A DNA stretch of 64,000 bases from Raillietiella orientalis (lineage: Eukaryota): assembly GCA_036172245.1 (NCBI GenBank), contig JAYWIR010000009.1, positions 4,712,001 through 4,776,000 on the forward strand, read 5' to 3'. Below the pieces are notes generated by a model. It had not been told where the DNA came from and made no database searches. It saw nothing but the letters and a program-made list of their open reading frames with translations. The position numbers were made by a program, and so were the translations under genes. This document shows positions 51,801 through 64,000 of the stretch, piece by piece; positions within the stretch are counted from its first letter, which is position 1, and each line of letters starts with the position of its first letter.

Positions 51801-54169
51801 CCATGTGCACAAACTCAAGTGAGGATTTCTCAACAGATCACTTCCCATAGCAATCTCATCAATTTTTGATCTCACCTTTTCAGCAGCATATGTAACAATA
51901 GTTCATCTGTACCAATAATCAATACCATCAAGCATTCAATTCTCAATTAATTTTTTCAAGTTTCCTCATAAGAGTTCTAATTTCAAGCATATTCACAATA
52001 ATTAAAACTATGTTTGTAATTTTTACTATTGTTCACATACTTCAAAGGTCTCACTTCTTCAATGCAAAATGTTTTTTTTCAAAAAAAATAGCAGCCATAT
52101 ACTTCAGAACTATTTGAAGGGTAGTCTGAATGAAAATTTAGACTGAATGGTTAATTAATCAGACCTAGAAAAGTTACTAAGGAAGCAATCCTTACACCAT
52201 AGGAACTTTCAAAGGACATAACTTCAGATTATCCTTCAAAAAAGGAAAGAATTTGAACAAATATATGTCAACATGTTGGTTTCAATAAAGAATAAAGTAA
52301 ACAGAAGACCTGCTGTTTTGATTTTCCATCATTTGAATGCTCCATCATGTTTAAGCAATTTAAAATTTACACAATAGTGTATTCCTCACAGTTCCCTGTT
52401 CATAAAACTAGATTTCTTGAATTTGAATAAGTAAGCACTGGATTACATTAAAATTATTGATATCATGAAGATTTCTAAACAACAAATCCTGAAGAAAAAC
52501 CACTGCTGGAAATTTTATAAATGGATCTTGGTTCAAGAGTTTTGTAAATAGATCTTATAGTGACAATACAGCAACTGTACCAACAAAGCAAAATAAAAAA
52601 TGTGTGTAACTACTGCGGGCCTGATCAGTAATCATGCTGGAAAGCCAACAATAGAACAAGCATTTCAAATGGATAAGCAACATTTTTCAAAAAACAAAAA
52701 TTTAATACTGCTGTTTTGTTAACAGAAATATTCTCAATAACTATTACTCATGTATTTGCAATCACATGTAAAATAGATGTTCAAGGAGATACTTCCAACA
52801 GATTGATTATTATATGTTATTGATTACTACATGATAGCTGTTTTCTGAAATTTGACCTTCGAACTACACTAATAGCATCATAAAGATGCAAAGAGATATG
52901 ATAATTAACTCTGCATGGATGAAGTACGTTTTCAGAATTTCGGAAAATGGAAGTCATAAACTACCACCTCATTTAAAGAATTCTTAAAATAAAATTATTT
53001 GCTATAAACTCTGCTGCTTAATTAACATATTTGATTTTTTTTTGCCTAAACAATTCAATCTTCACTTATTCTTCAGTTGACTCAATTTTATATGATGTGC
53101 AACTTGCATTCAAGAAAGCCATTTGGTTTGCTAACAATTTCGTATTTGCATGTAAAAAATCATATCATTCCGTCACCTTATTAAAAACAACAGTTTTTTT
53201 GTTCACAGCACAACAATTTTGTTCACAGCACTCATATGCAAAAAAAAGTCTATGGAAATATGTGAAATTTGAAAATTATCTGTTAAAAGAACAAATTTTA
53301 CCATATAAAATGAGTAAATAGATTCCATGCACTTTCATAATTACATGAAATGCTTACATGGAATGAAGTGAGATGTGTTAGTTCACTCACTCAGTTAGGC
53401 AGATTATTACAATGCATAGAAAAAATTCAGAATCAACAAGTTCCACTGAATATGCACATTATGTAAAAGCTTTCAATCACAATATTACAACATTGATTTC
53501 GAACACTGTGATTGACAATCATCAGATACAAATACGCCTAATACATTCAAACACCACAAACAAAACAGCTACATTGTATCTACACATTTTAGGTAATATT
53601 CACCTGCTTTCCAAGAATTTTTTTTGCAATCATATTTCAGCACCGTTAGGGATTTTAGATATTCTTCATTTTTAATAGGTCGAATTGAAAACTTCCTTTT
53701 ATGCGAGCCAGCTATTTTACATGCCTGGGAAAAATCGATGGTAACTTCTTGGTCAATTACCGATGGAACAAACTAAAACGGAGATGTTATCACTTTCCAT
53801 ATCACTGAGATAATACTTCTTTTTGGAATATGAACAAGTTTTCCCAAATAAACAAAAGTTAAGCAATGAAACAAGGGAGCGGTAAAAGTACCTGGTTGGG
53901 TGCGTTCACCATCCATAATTCACAATCCTCACCGTCAAAATCCGTCTCTATAACAGGTACGCGCACTTTCTCATCAACAAACTAAAAAAAGGCAATCCCG
54001 GCTGAAATTTCAGATAGGCTCACACAACGACTTCCCCATGCAAAACATCATGAAAGCCAAAAATCCGAGAGAATCTGAACGTAAGCAAGAGAACTACCTC
54101 ATGTTCAACCCATTCATTAACAAGCTGCAACTTGTATTCATGACTTCTTTTTCCCTTCCGAATTTCCAT
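48894..54169 (-). CDS. Probable RNA polymerase I subunit A34.5/RPA34 (PAF49)-like protein, 179 aa; exons 54169-54098, 53981-53892, 53772-53604, 51170-51036, 48967-48894
   Basis: Five exons join in frame: MEIRKGK...DGEDCELWMVNAPNQFVPSVIDQEVTIDFS...KLTGILNVT...KPIVLPQGIYQHNLFSPRVHPRCNPKRKQKKSSKKKARKSA*. The ELWxxxAP motif, a late P-x-G segment and the Lys-rich tail resemble RPA34. The coding model is fairly solid; the identity is tentative. Confidence 0.55.
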
Positions 54170-57100
54170 GTCACAATTCTAGTTTACATTGAATAAACGA
54201 ATGCTGAGCCATTAAATATATCACACGATTTGCCGTTCGAAAAGTTTTGATCCTTCGGTAGCACTCCAACACGCACACAGATCGTTGCTACGGTCGAGTT
54301 GGGATTCCCAGGTGCAAGTTCCTCTTAGAAAACCAGGATGACACATGCTACGGGGGAAAAAAATGAAGAAAAAAAGAACGTAAAAGCACAAATTAACTCG
54401 TGGGAAGCACTAATGCAGCCGAAGCATAATTCATATTCATGACTTTCAGACCATGCATTTCAATGTAGACCACCACCTTAAGTCAAAGTTAATGGGAAAT
54501 ACTCTAAAATGAGAGTGCTGTATGTACAACAGCAACTGATCCCTACTTATACAAAATAACTCGTGAAATATAACAAAGCCAAAAAAAAAAAACACACACA
54601 CACACACAGACAAACAAAATGAACACATGAGATTTTCTTTAATGCCAAAGGAAATTTATATCTCAAGACTGTCTCAGATTTCACCTGGCAGATGTTGGGG
54701 TATGTCTTTTCTCAGCCCCCAAAAGCCTTTGACTAGAAACCCTGAACTTTACGTGTCCGCCCAAATTCCGCAACACCTCGCGGTGTCAAAATGAGCCATT
54801 CAAATTGGCAACGCTTACAAACTCAAATTGCTAAAAACAAAAAGAATCAGCAGTTTCCAGGAGCCTTAGGACGATCCGGTTTTTGCATGTGACGCACAGG
54901 ACGACCGTGCAACTCCCAAGCCCGCACACAAACGCCGTCGTAAGAAGCTGCTTTTTTTTTCCTCAAGACTACACGGTGCCGGAGGAATAAACAACCCGAA
55001 CATTATAAAATAAAGCATACGTTCCTCAGTATGTAAACAACACCACTTTTGCAGGCAAGGATGAACAGGCTTTCATGAGAATACTCCGGCTCCATACAAT
55101 GGAAAAAAAGGGGGAGGGGAGAAGAAGGCAGACTGTTTAGAAAGATGTAATTATATTTCTGGTCTTCAGACTTATACTGTCTAATTCGCCAACATTCGCT
55201 ATATGACTCATGCCACAGTGCTTGGAACTCTAATGACTGCTGCAATGACTCCATGTAAACCTCTTTTTCATTAAGATGATAGTCAAATAAAAGTACAAAG
55301 GTTTGTGAACTTATCCAAACAAAAGCCATTGAAAGAAGAGGCATTAGTAGCTAAATCCGCCTTAATAAAGTTTGCTAGAAATCAATGCCATTAACATCAG
55401 TTGAGAAAAGGAACATTGCAAAAATTCACCATTCGAAATGATGTTGACAAAACTTTAATGAAACGACAAAAATGTGCACCTTTAAACATGGAAAGAAGTT
55501 TGATAAAGCAATAAACATTGCAGTGTACAAAGATATGTTTTAGAAGTTCAGGTCAGAAATACCCATATGTATAAAAGCCTTTTTATTATATTTACATTTG
55601 TTCAACAAATTCATGTGTGTGCTAAATACAATAAGCATAAAGGCATCGGTGTAGAGCATTTAATTTTTACGCATCAGCACTAAAAGAGACCTGTAATCCT
55701 TTGGCTATTTCAACGAGAAAATCATTTCTATACCATAAAATTTAAAATACAAAGATTCTTGGAATTGTTTCAGCCGAAATGAACTTACTCGAAATGTTTC
55801 AAAGTTCAACAGGACAGAAGAATGATAAGCTTATCAGAAGGTCTTTGTCCTTCCACGAATGTAACCGAAAAGCTGAATTAATAGCCAGAATTTCTAACGA
55901 AAACCTCAGTAAAACAGTCGGATCAGTAGCAACATTCTCAGCGTACCCTTTGGTCAGAGAACTCTTTTTTTTTTTTTTCTTGTTTTTTTTTAACAGATAT
56001 CCAGATCCTTCACTGCTGTCTTGTTTGATTTAGAAAAAAAGACAACTGGATTATTTACTATCGTGAAAACCTGCGTAACGCAGTAAATGTTCGAAGTCCA
56101 CATTTAAAACAGATATGGAATGTTGTAATTCACGTTTGACAGCAGGACGGATATTTGCTTAGCGACTTCAGATTCTATGCCTGAATCAAGAGGAAATGTA
56201 ACCAGTCTCCTTTTCAAGCCTGGCGGCAGCAGAATTGCAGGCTTGTAGTATTATATTTACTACTTCAAACTGTAAATTAGATCTGGCACTCTGATCTTGA
56301 CATTTGTTTTGCTTTATCTGCAACCAGCACGCATTCTTCATTTATGGTAACGCACGTTTAACGAACATATTTCCACATTCATGATTACCGTAAATAATTA
56401 GCAGTTTGCAAAAGCAGCATGAATTCCTTATAATAATAAGTCCAATTCATTGTGCACTTCTCCTTCATATTTTTACTTGTGGAAACATTCAGCAGATGGT
56501 GCTGCGGTGAACAGTAAAACAAAATGAATGGTCATCAGGCATGACAGGGGGCGAAAAATGATCCAAACGTCGAATGTGTATAGCAAATGCACCATTCTCG
56601 ATGCTTGCAAGCACACTGTGTTTTAATTCGTAACCGCAGAAATTCATTTTTCCCTTTCTAGATTGCTTCAAACGGTTGGACGTACGAGGACAAAAATTTA
56701 TGTCTTCATAAATCATTATGATCATCGAGCTTTCCATGATTTCCATAAATCGCATTTCAATCAACTGAATTTCGGCGTGTGGCACATGAGTTCCTCTTTT
56801 GTTTTCTTCGGCTGGCGTTCACGTGCACAGGCGTATCTGCTGCATGCATGCGTATGGATGGATAGGTAGGTATTTATTGAGAATTGAGAATTGCAGTCTC
56901 ATTTTTTTAATCAGTAGCCTTTAGCATACTGGATTTCTAGGAATCATGATTCTTTGAGGTGGGGATTCGTTGCTCATATGAGCACATTATGTTATTTGTG
57001 GATGCAAGAGCGTTCGAACACCTTGGAGCTGGCGACGTACACGTACTTTTCAGTCTCTCTTGCTGCATGCATAGAGAGCAAGTGATCATTGGACATCCAT

Positions 57101-60100
57101 TTCCACACGTATTGTCTGTACCATAGTAAATGTACCTTTTTTGCTTCCTAGCACGCAACCAAGTTCTAAGACAAATCAGTTTCCTGAACACTTGTAAGCG
57201 ATCTTGTCTGTTCCGATCTCAAGAACAAAAAAGTATTGCATTTCAGTCTTGTTGGGAACTTCATTATTTCAGCACAATTTCTGTCGAGTAAACCACATGG
57301 ATTTTCAACCGTTCGGAATGATCGACTGATTAATTGGTTGGTCACTTTATGGGGATCACGACCCTGGAGGCTGTGTTCACCAGTCGTGTGCTCAATGCGT
57401 GGAAAGGCGACGGATGCATCCTTCGAATCATCCGAAGCAAGGCACTGAATGTAGTTTGCTGTTTGAGGACAATTTCCTTATTTTTGAAGACAAATCTTTA
57501 TTTTATTTTGAAAATGGGGAAAACTTGATCACTGCTGAACATTCAAATCCAAATTTTGCTGCTGAGATTGCAGCTTTTCCATGTAAGCGAAACAGTTCAA
57601 AGAACCCTAGCTGTAGACATTTAAGCATGGATTTCTTGCATCTTTTCGTTTGCTTTGTAATTACTATGGGAGTAATTTCCCAAAATATTCCTAATGCATA
57701 TGGATTGGTGCTTACCGTTTCGTTTTTTTCTTGTCGCTTTGGGGTCGCTGTTGTATTTCTTATTTTGAGAGGTTACAAATAATCGTAGGGCTGGTGGTAT
57801 CCCTTGTCATTTGCTTTGAAACCCTGCTTGCTCACCGTGTATTTTCCTATTGATTTCCTTTTTTTCCCTTTCATCCAGAATTAGCATCACGACATTAATT
57901 GATTTTGTATCTCTCATCAATTCCGTTTTATTTCTTTTTGTGTCAAAGTAACCAAATACTTTGAAATGGAAGAAAATTTCAGTTTCCTGCATTTTGTGAT
58001 GTATGCTATTTGTGTGCTATTTGCATCGTCTCGTGAAAATGCATGCTGAAATTCGTGCAGTATCGTGGGGGAGCTATGGATCGATGGGCACCGCATGACA
58101 GATGGACCCATCATCACCTACTGTTACTTCTGTTAAAGTGGGCACTTGAATGTTCTGTTAGCACCTGACCGGAATAACCGAGGAGGAATTCGGCGAATCT
58201 GAAGGCAAGCATCCAAACCAAAATACCGTGAGCTCGAAAGTTTTGGTACCTCGAAAATCGCCTCGCAAACTTCCACGAAGTGCGTGTACACTTTTGTTGT
58301 ACAAGTTCGGCACGAAGAACTGGTAGTTTCAGTGTTCGCTGCAATGGAGCTGGTTGGAGAATCCTCATGCATCGGAGTGCACGGCTTACTTCATTACTAC
58401 GTCGTAAATGAAGGCAATTATTGTGCACACCATGGAGGGTTTTGCATTTTTGGTGTCTCCATGCTCCACAGGATATGGAAATGTAATAGTCCTAGGAAAC
58501 TCCTAGGAAGTTTAATGAGTATCGTGCAATCTTCGGGTGTACGTTTTCTCTCTATCTTCGAAGGAGTCACAAAGGATGGCAAAAGTACACGAATTAAGAT
58601 ATTCCGAACGAAAGCAATGTATTGGAAGTGGCTCCTCGTGCGCAACCCTTCTATTGGACGTGTTTTCCCATCCCGCGGCATTCTAAGGCAATTCGTGTAC
58701 TCTTCCATAAATCGGAGCTGAATCCGAGTCCGCCTCAATGCACCAACACTGCAGGTCTGTTTGACCTCATCCGGCAGCTCCCTACGTTTATTGCGCGCGA
58801 CCCATCCCCAGGGCGACCAGGGAGGAACCGCCGAGAGGAACGGCGGGCACGTACTGCGGTTGTCTTGCTGAACCGCGCCGAGTGGATCGTTTTACGAACC
58901 CCTCCGCTTGGCCACTTGGCCACAAGTCCACGCGTTCAGTTCGGCTGCTTTCGGGAAGGACGCGGACGCACGATTCGAGCAGACGCTGAATTTTCGAAAA
59001 CAGAGCAAGAAGGAGCATCTTCCGGCAACGAAAATTCCAGAGCTGAGGGTATGGAGCTGTCTCCTCTGATTCCATACGAACAAAACTCGAAAAGCCTCTC
59101 TCGCTTCAAGTTAAATAATGAACCAACGCTTGTTGGTTGAAAGCGAAACTGTGAGGATTCTGCTGTTATGACGCTTCAAGATGCATCTTTCATCTTGTGC
59201 AGGAAATACATTTCCATGACCCATAGGGCTCGTATAACGCGAAACGTCTCCCGCGCGTTTCGCGGAAGGCCTACCGGCTGTACTTGGTTGTTGATGCTTC
59301 CTACATTGCAATGAAAGGTACAAAGTCAATTAGCCAACGGCAACGAAGGGCAACGAAGATCACAAAAGGTCGCCTCTTCTCTGTGTTCCTAAATCGAGCA
59401 ACGATGTCAAATTGTCGGAAGGGTCACTTGGCATTCTTCACGCGAACTGAGCATACCGGCTATGGTGCCGGCTGTTTCCATCCCCATAATCTGCCCTGCT
59501 GATTTGAATAGAAACAAACAAAAGAGAGAGAGGGAGAGGGGGAGGGACAGACACACACATACACACACATTCTGCAGCAGCTTTCCCTTCATCTTCCGAT
59601 GCACTTCATTTTTTATGTAGCCCGTCGAATTTATCGAGTCTTTCGCGTTTTACGCCCCTCGGATTGTGCTCAGGGATTCAGTTCACTCGAGTATCATTTA
59701 CCCGCACTTGCCTCCTGGGCGTACCAGTGCACCTCGTGCAATCAGTTTGACGTTCAAAATGTCGTCAGAGTTCCTGGGAAGAAAGATACTCTCTGTGGGC
59801 GAAGCAAGGCACATCTGATGTTTAGGGTGGAAGATCTGCACGTGAACTCCCCTGTGAAGTCCAATGGTTTCGTCCCAGTCCTCAAGGAATCACAGAATTC
59901 AGTCTAGCAGTTCCCCTTGTTTTTTTTGTTTTTTTTTTTAAAAAAGGTGAAGCTGTGGAACGTTCTCTTAACGCACACCTGACAAGCCCGTAGCAAGTTT
60001 TCCTACACAATTCATATGCTTGCAAAACCAAGTCGTGGACGTTTCCGACACTCGGCGAGGGCGGACGACTCGTCCAGCTCCGAGCACCCCAGTCTGCATT

Positions 60101-63100
60101 TCGCGCCCAGCGGCGCCTGGCCATCGGCCCAGAGGCAAAGAGGAAGAGCACATGAAGGAAATGCTGAAGCAGAACTCGTGAAATTGAAATATACATATAT
60201 ACATATGCGGGAATAATTTCTGCTCCAATTTCAGCTGTTCTCAGCTCCGCTTCGACTGCAGGGCTCCACTCGCAGACACCAACGAGAGGCTCCCCGCGAG
60301 ATTTCTCCGGTGCAATCCCCCAATTACCTTCCTTGAGCAAGCTGATGAGCCCACACAGGCTTTTGTTCCACGAATCCACGCGGACGCGGACAAGACAAAA
60401 ACCTGAAAGTTTCCCCGGACACAAAAGAATTCCGGCTTCTGTTTTGTTCGCGTCGAACTTGAAATCTTCCTTTGTTGTTGTTCTCCGGAGATCAGGTGGA
60501 GCAGGTTGCCCATGGATGGTGCCTGGAGTTCCCCTAATTTCGGCTCGGCGTTCGAAAACGAACTCCCGATTCTTCTCCTCTGCCCATCTCCGTCTTCTGC
60601 GTCTTTCACAGCTCCTTCGTCAGCTTCCGCGCGTGTCCGCGGCGGACGACGGAGACTCGCCGACGACTCCCCGTCAGATCCGCACAGCCGCATTGCTCCT
60701 CCGAAGCGTCTTTTGCGAATTCACGTTGGCGCGTGCGCATCACCCGCGGTCGGGCAGCCTCCGGTGGCAACGCTGGGACGAGCCATGAAGGCATTTCCGC
60801 TTCCAAGTACGAAAGTCGAGCAGCAGCAGGGCAGGGTTACGATCCGCCCGTGGAGGTCGATGTCACCGAGTCGATGGGGATGGGGCCCCAAAAGGCGGGA
60901 AAGGTCTTTTTTTTTTTTTTTGTTCCACACCGCGCCTCGCTCTCCGAGTTGTCGCCTGCGCGTTCGGCGCCGCCCGCGCTATCGGAGCGAGCGCGTTCTT
61001 TCCCGAGTTCCCACGAATCAGCCTTGCTACGAAAAACGGTCCCTGCCGGCTCCCGGTTCCCAGCCGTTGAGGGAAGTCGCCCCAAGAATGCGAGCTGCGA
61101 AGAACTTCAAGCAGTTTCGCACCCCCTTCGATTCCCGTCTCGGCGTCTCCGCTCCTTGAATTTCGGGAGGCCAGGGCTTGGCTTCAGTTTTCGAGGAGGG
61201 GCGGAGTGTGTGTGCGTGTGTGGGAGGGGGTAAGTTCCCCCCTCTAAGGAGTCACTCCTAAGCTTCGACTATTTGAGTTTGGGAAGGGCCGACCTGTTTG
61301 CCACTATACCGGTACCACTGCGAACTAGACGCGAAGCTGTTCCTGCCGGGAACCGCGATCTTACGCGCCGTGAACTCCCTCGGTCCGTGCGCATGCGCCT
61401 CCGCCAAACGCACGTGATGCTGCTGCAATCCCCTCATCCCGACCTTTCCTGCAAACGATGATGATGGTCTGCGCGAGATGCTGAAACATCGAGTGAACTG
61501 CCAGTAGCTGGTCTTCCCGTCGAGGTGCATGGAGGGACAGAACGCCCCCGTTCCCGAGATCGCCAACACTTCGCGATCGGGTAGGTGCGGTCATTCGCCG
61601 CGGCCAAGTCCTCGTGAAGAAGACGAAGGGATCCGTCAAACCGAAGATAACAGCGGCTGAGATCGCCGACCGGCGAGCGGTCCAGCACTTCAGAGCCCTT
61701 CCCTTCCTTCTTCAGACCATCGCCGGCCTCTGTTCGAACGCGCCGGAAGCCGAGGTCACCCCCCTTCCCTTCCCTTTCTGCTACGGGAAGGATAGATGAA
61801 GGAGCGAAGTTACAACGTTCTCTTTGCCGCTGTCGTTCAACCTCCTGACGCGCCTTCACAGCTGCATCGCGGGGTTGCAGAACTGTGCGGGGGATGTGAA
61901 AGTGGGACATCGGCCATTTTACAATTTCGACGCATCCCATTATCTGACGAATGCATCTGGAGTCTCTCTACGCGTCTACTATGCAAAAGAAACCTCGGCA
62001 CATGAGACAGCTGAGGGATGAGATGGTTGATGCGCGAGATAGCCGAGGGTGGTTGATCAGCTCACACACGATTTCTTTCTTGCCATATCTGGGGATCCTT
62101 TCTATCCTAGGGGGAAAGTTTTCAACTAGCAACACTCAAGCTTCCCTTTGGTTCAGCAGTAGTGATACTGCCCGTGTGCAAGGTGATACTGCCCGTGCCT
62201 AGGGGGAATTGCCGTGATTGCTGAATCTGATTCGCAAGAGGCTCCACCGTCGTGCTTCTCTTGACCCATCTGATACCCAGCATCCGTGCGCCCGGTTCGT
62301 CCGAAGGACAGTCCTCTGCACGCCTTTTCTTCCCCTTCGTGGCCACTCCCGAAGAGCCTCTTGTGTTTCGTGACGTCTTCCGTGACGGCCGTTTTGCTCA
62401 CCCATCGCTTCCTCGACATCTTGGCGTTTGTCTTTAGCGATGGGGAGCCAGAAGAACCACGCAGTTTCTTGTATTCACCTTTTTAACTGGATAACAGAGT
62501 GACTTCTAGCATTCGGTTTCGAGTCTGGCCCCATATGCGGAAAATCTGCTTATTCGTTGATCAACCCTCTCATCCTTCCTAGCACTGACGGACCAGAGTA
62601 GCCTGCCGAAACATCTCACTTTTTTTTTTCTTCCTTTCTTTGTTTCTTTTTCTATCCGAAGGGAGTTCCTCTTCCCTTTCTTCTACATTCTTCGTGCCAC
62701 GTGCGACCTCCGGACCTGTGCCAGGAGGATGCAACACACACCGGCGATCGTTTCGTCCATGTGCGACCAGCACAGCGCTGCTTCTTTTATGTAACGCATT
62801 TCGTGCCTGCCCGGTCGCGCCGCACCCCCACCCGTGAGCATTCAGTCGTGCTCTCGTGGTAGCCGGGAAGAGCACCTCCTCCAGAGCCTTCGTGACAGCC
62901 AGCGCGCCATTCGTGATCTCGATAGGTCCGATTCGTGTTTCTCCCAAGTGAGCCGCCTTTACTCCGGAGATGCAAACTTAGAATCGAGATCTTGACCTCG
63001 CTCCATCAACAGGAGAGGCAAACGGAAGACCCGCTACTTCGTGCGTGCACTGACAGAATTTTATTTCTTCTAATCTGACTCGGGATCTGAAGCAGTCCGT

Positions 63101-64000
63101 TGCGTGATCCACATGCTACCTTCTATCAACGATCGATCATGCCATTAATGATACATATATTCTTCGTCTTGTAGGCACATTCGTGCCAAGTTAAGAACAA
63201 ACACATCGGAAGCACAAAATCTCTGTTCCTGTTACAGACACGCTTCTAAATTATTCCTTGCCAACTCCCTACTCTGCACTTCCTCAACGGGGATAACTAA
63301 CTGCATTGGCTGCAACGGCGATTTTGTATCTAATACAAGACGTTCTAAATCCAAGATGAAAAAACGTGGGAATGTTTCTTTTTTAAAATCAAGGATCCTT
63401 TACCATCTCTGCAAAGATAATCCGACCTCCTAGCATCAAAGTGAGTCCGAAACATTCTTGAGAGATGTTACAAATATACATATTAGACCAACATTAGAAA
63501 TCTCGGAATTGAATTTCCGAGTTTGAAGAGCTAATGGAGTTTTCATGAGAACTTCAAATGTAATCGCAAGAGTCAAAAAAAGTTACTGCTCCGGAATACA
63601 GCATCCTCCTCCTCAGATAGATCAAGCAATGAATGAGTAGGGAATGTAGTTTGAAGATCCTCTCTACTATAATGTAAACTTTGCACTCCAAATTAAAGAT
63701 TGAATAAACAATTTCTTTCACAATCATTTGGGTAATGCTTTATAAAGCTCACTCCTTCAGCAGCTGAAAACCGAATAAAAAGTGTGAAAGAATTTATGGA
63801 CATCAAGAAGCAGTTTTAATGAACGATCTTCATTCAGATTCCTTGCTTAAATTTATATTTGTGCAGCGAAAGATTTACTAAATACTTTGGAAAAACGTTC
63901 ATCTTAATTTCTTTTTTTTAGAACTCGACCAGATACTCAGCTTAGTCGCAGTGAGCTATCTTCTCAGTTAATTAAAATAAAATATGTGACCACGCCAATG

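Noticed and set aside
58100..62950. GC-rich segment with ORFs weakly suggestive of a minus-strand membrane protein or GPCR
   Set aside because: Frames do not join, no diagnostic motifs; left unannotated.
1..64000. CRISPR arrays, tRNA/rRNA genes, telomeric arrays, prokaryotic operons
   Set aside because: No regularly spaced repeats, cloverleafs or rRNA motifs seen; gene structure is spliceosomal.

Overview
Eukaryotic, intron-containing animal DNA, most likely from an invertebrate such as an arthropod (inferred from gene families and very short ~50-60 nt introns). The window alternates sharply between GC/CpG-rich blocks (~1-8.7 kb, ~15.6-41.5 kb, ~58-63 kb) and AT-rich, CpG-poor blocks (~8.7-15.5 kb, ~41.6-57.5 kb). 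I assembled six spliced genes by hand from GT-AG sites and codon phase: (1) a plus-strand protein with a Gln...Cys...Asp-Ser-His signature like herpesviral-tegument-type (VTD / peptidase C76-like) deubiquitinases, with two paralogous phase-1 first exons; (2) Cyclin C; (3) a membrane-anchored RDH/BDH1/17beta-HSD-like SDR, with an inverted, catalytically dead copy of one exon just downstream; (4) a PMP22/claudin-superfamily tetraspan; (5) MTERF3; (6) a probable RNA polymerase I A34.5/RPA34-like subunit. Also present are a decayed mariner transposase fragment, a 5'-only U2 snRNA fragment, dispersed and inverted repeats, and an exact 27-bp direct repeat bracketing the MTERF3 unit. Most long ORFs in the GC-rich blocks look like compositional artefacts. 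No database searches were run; family calls rest on motif recognition.
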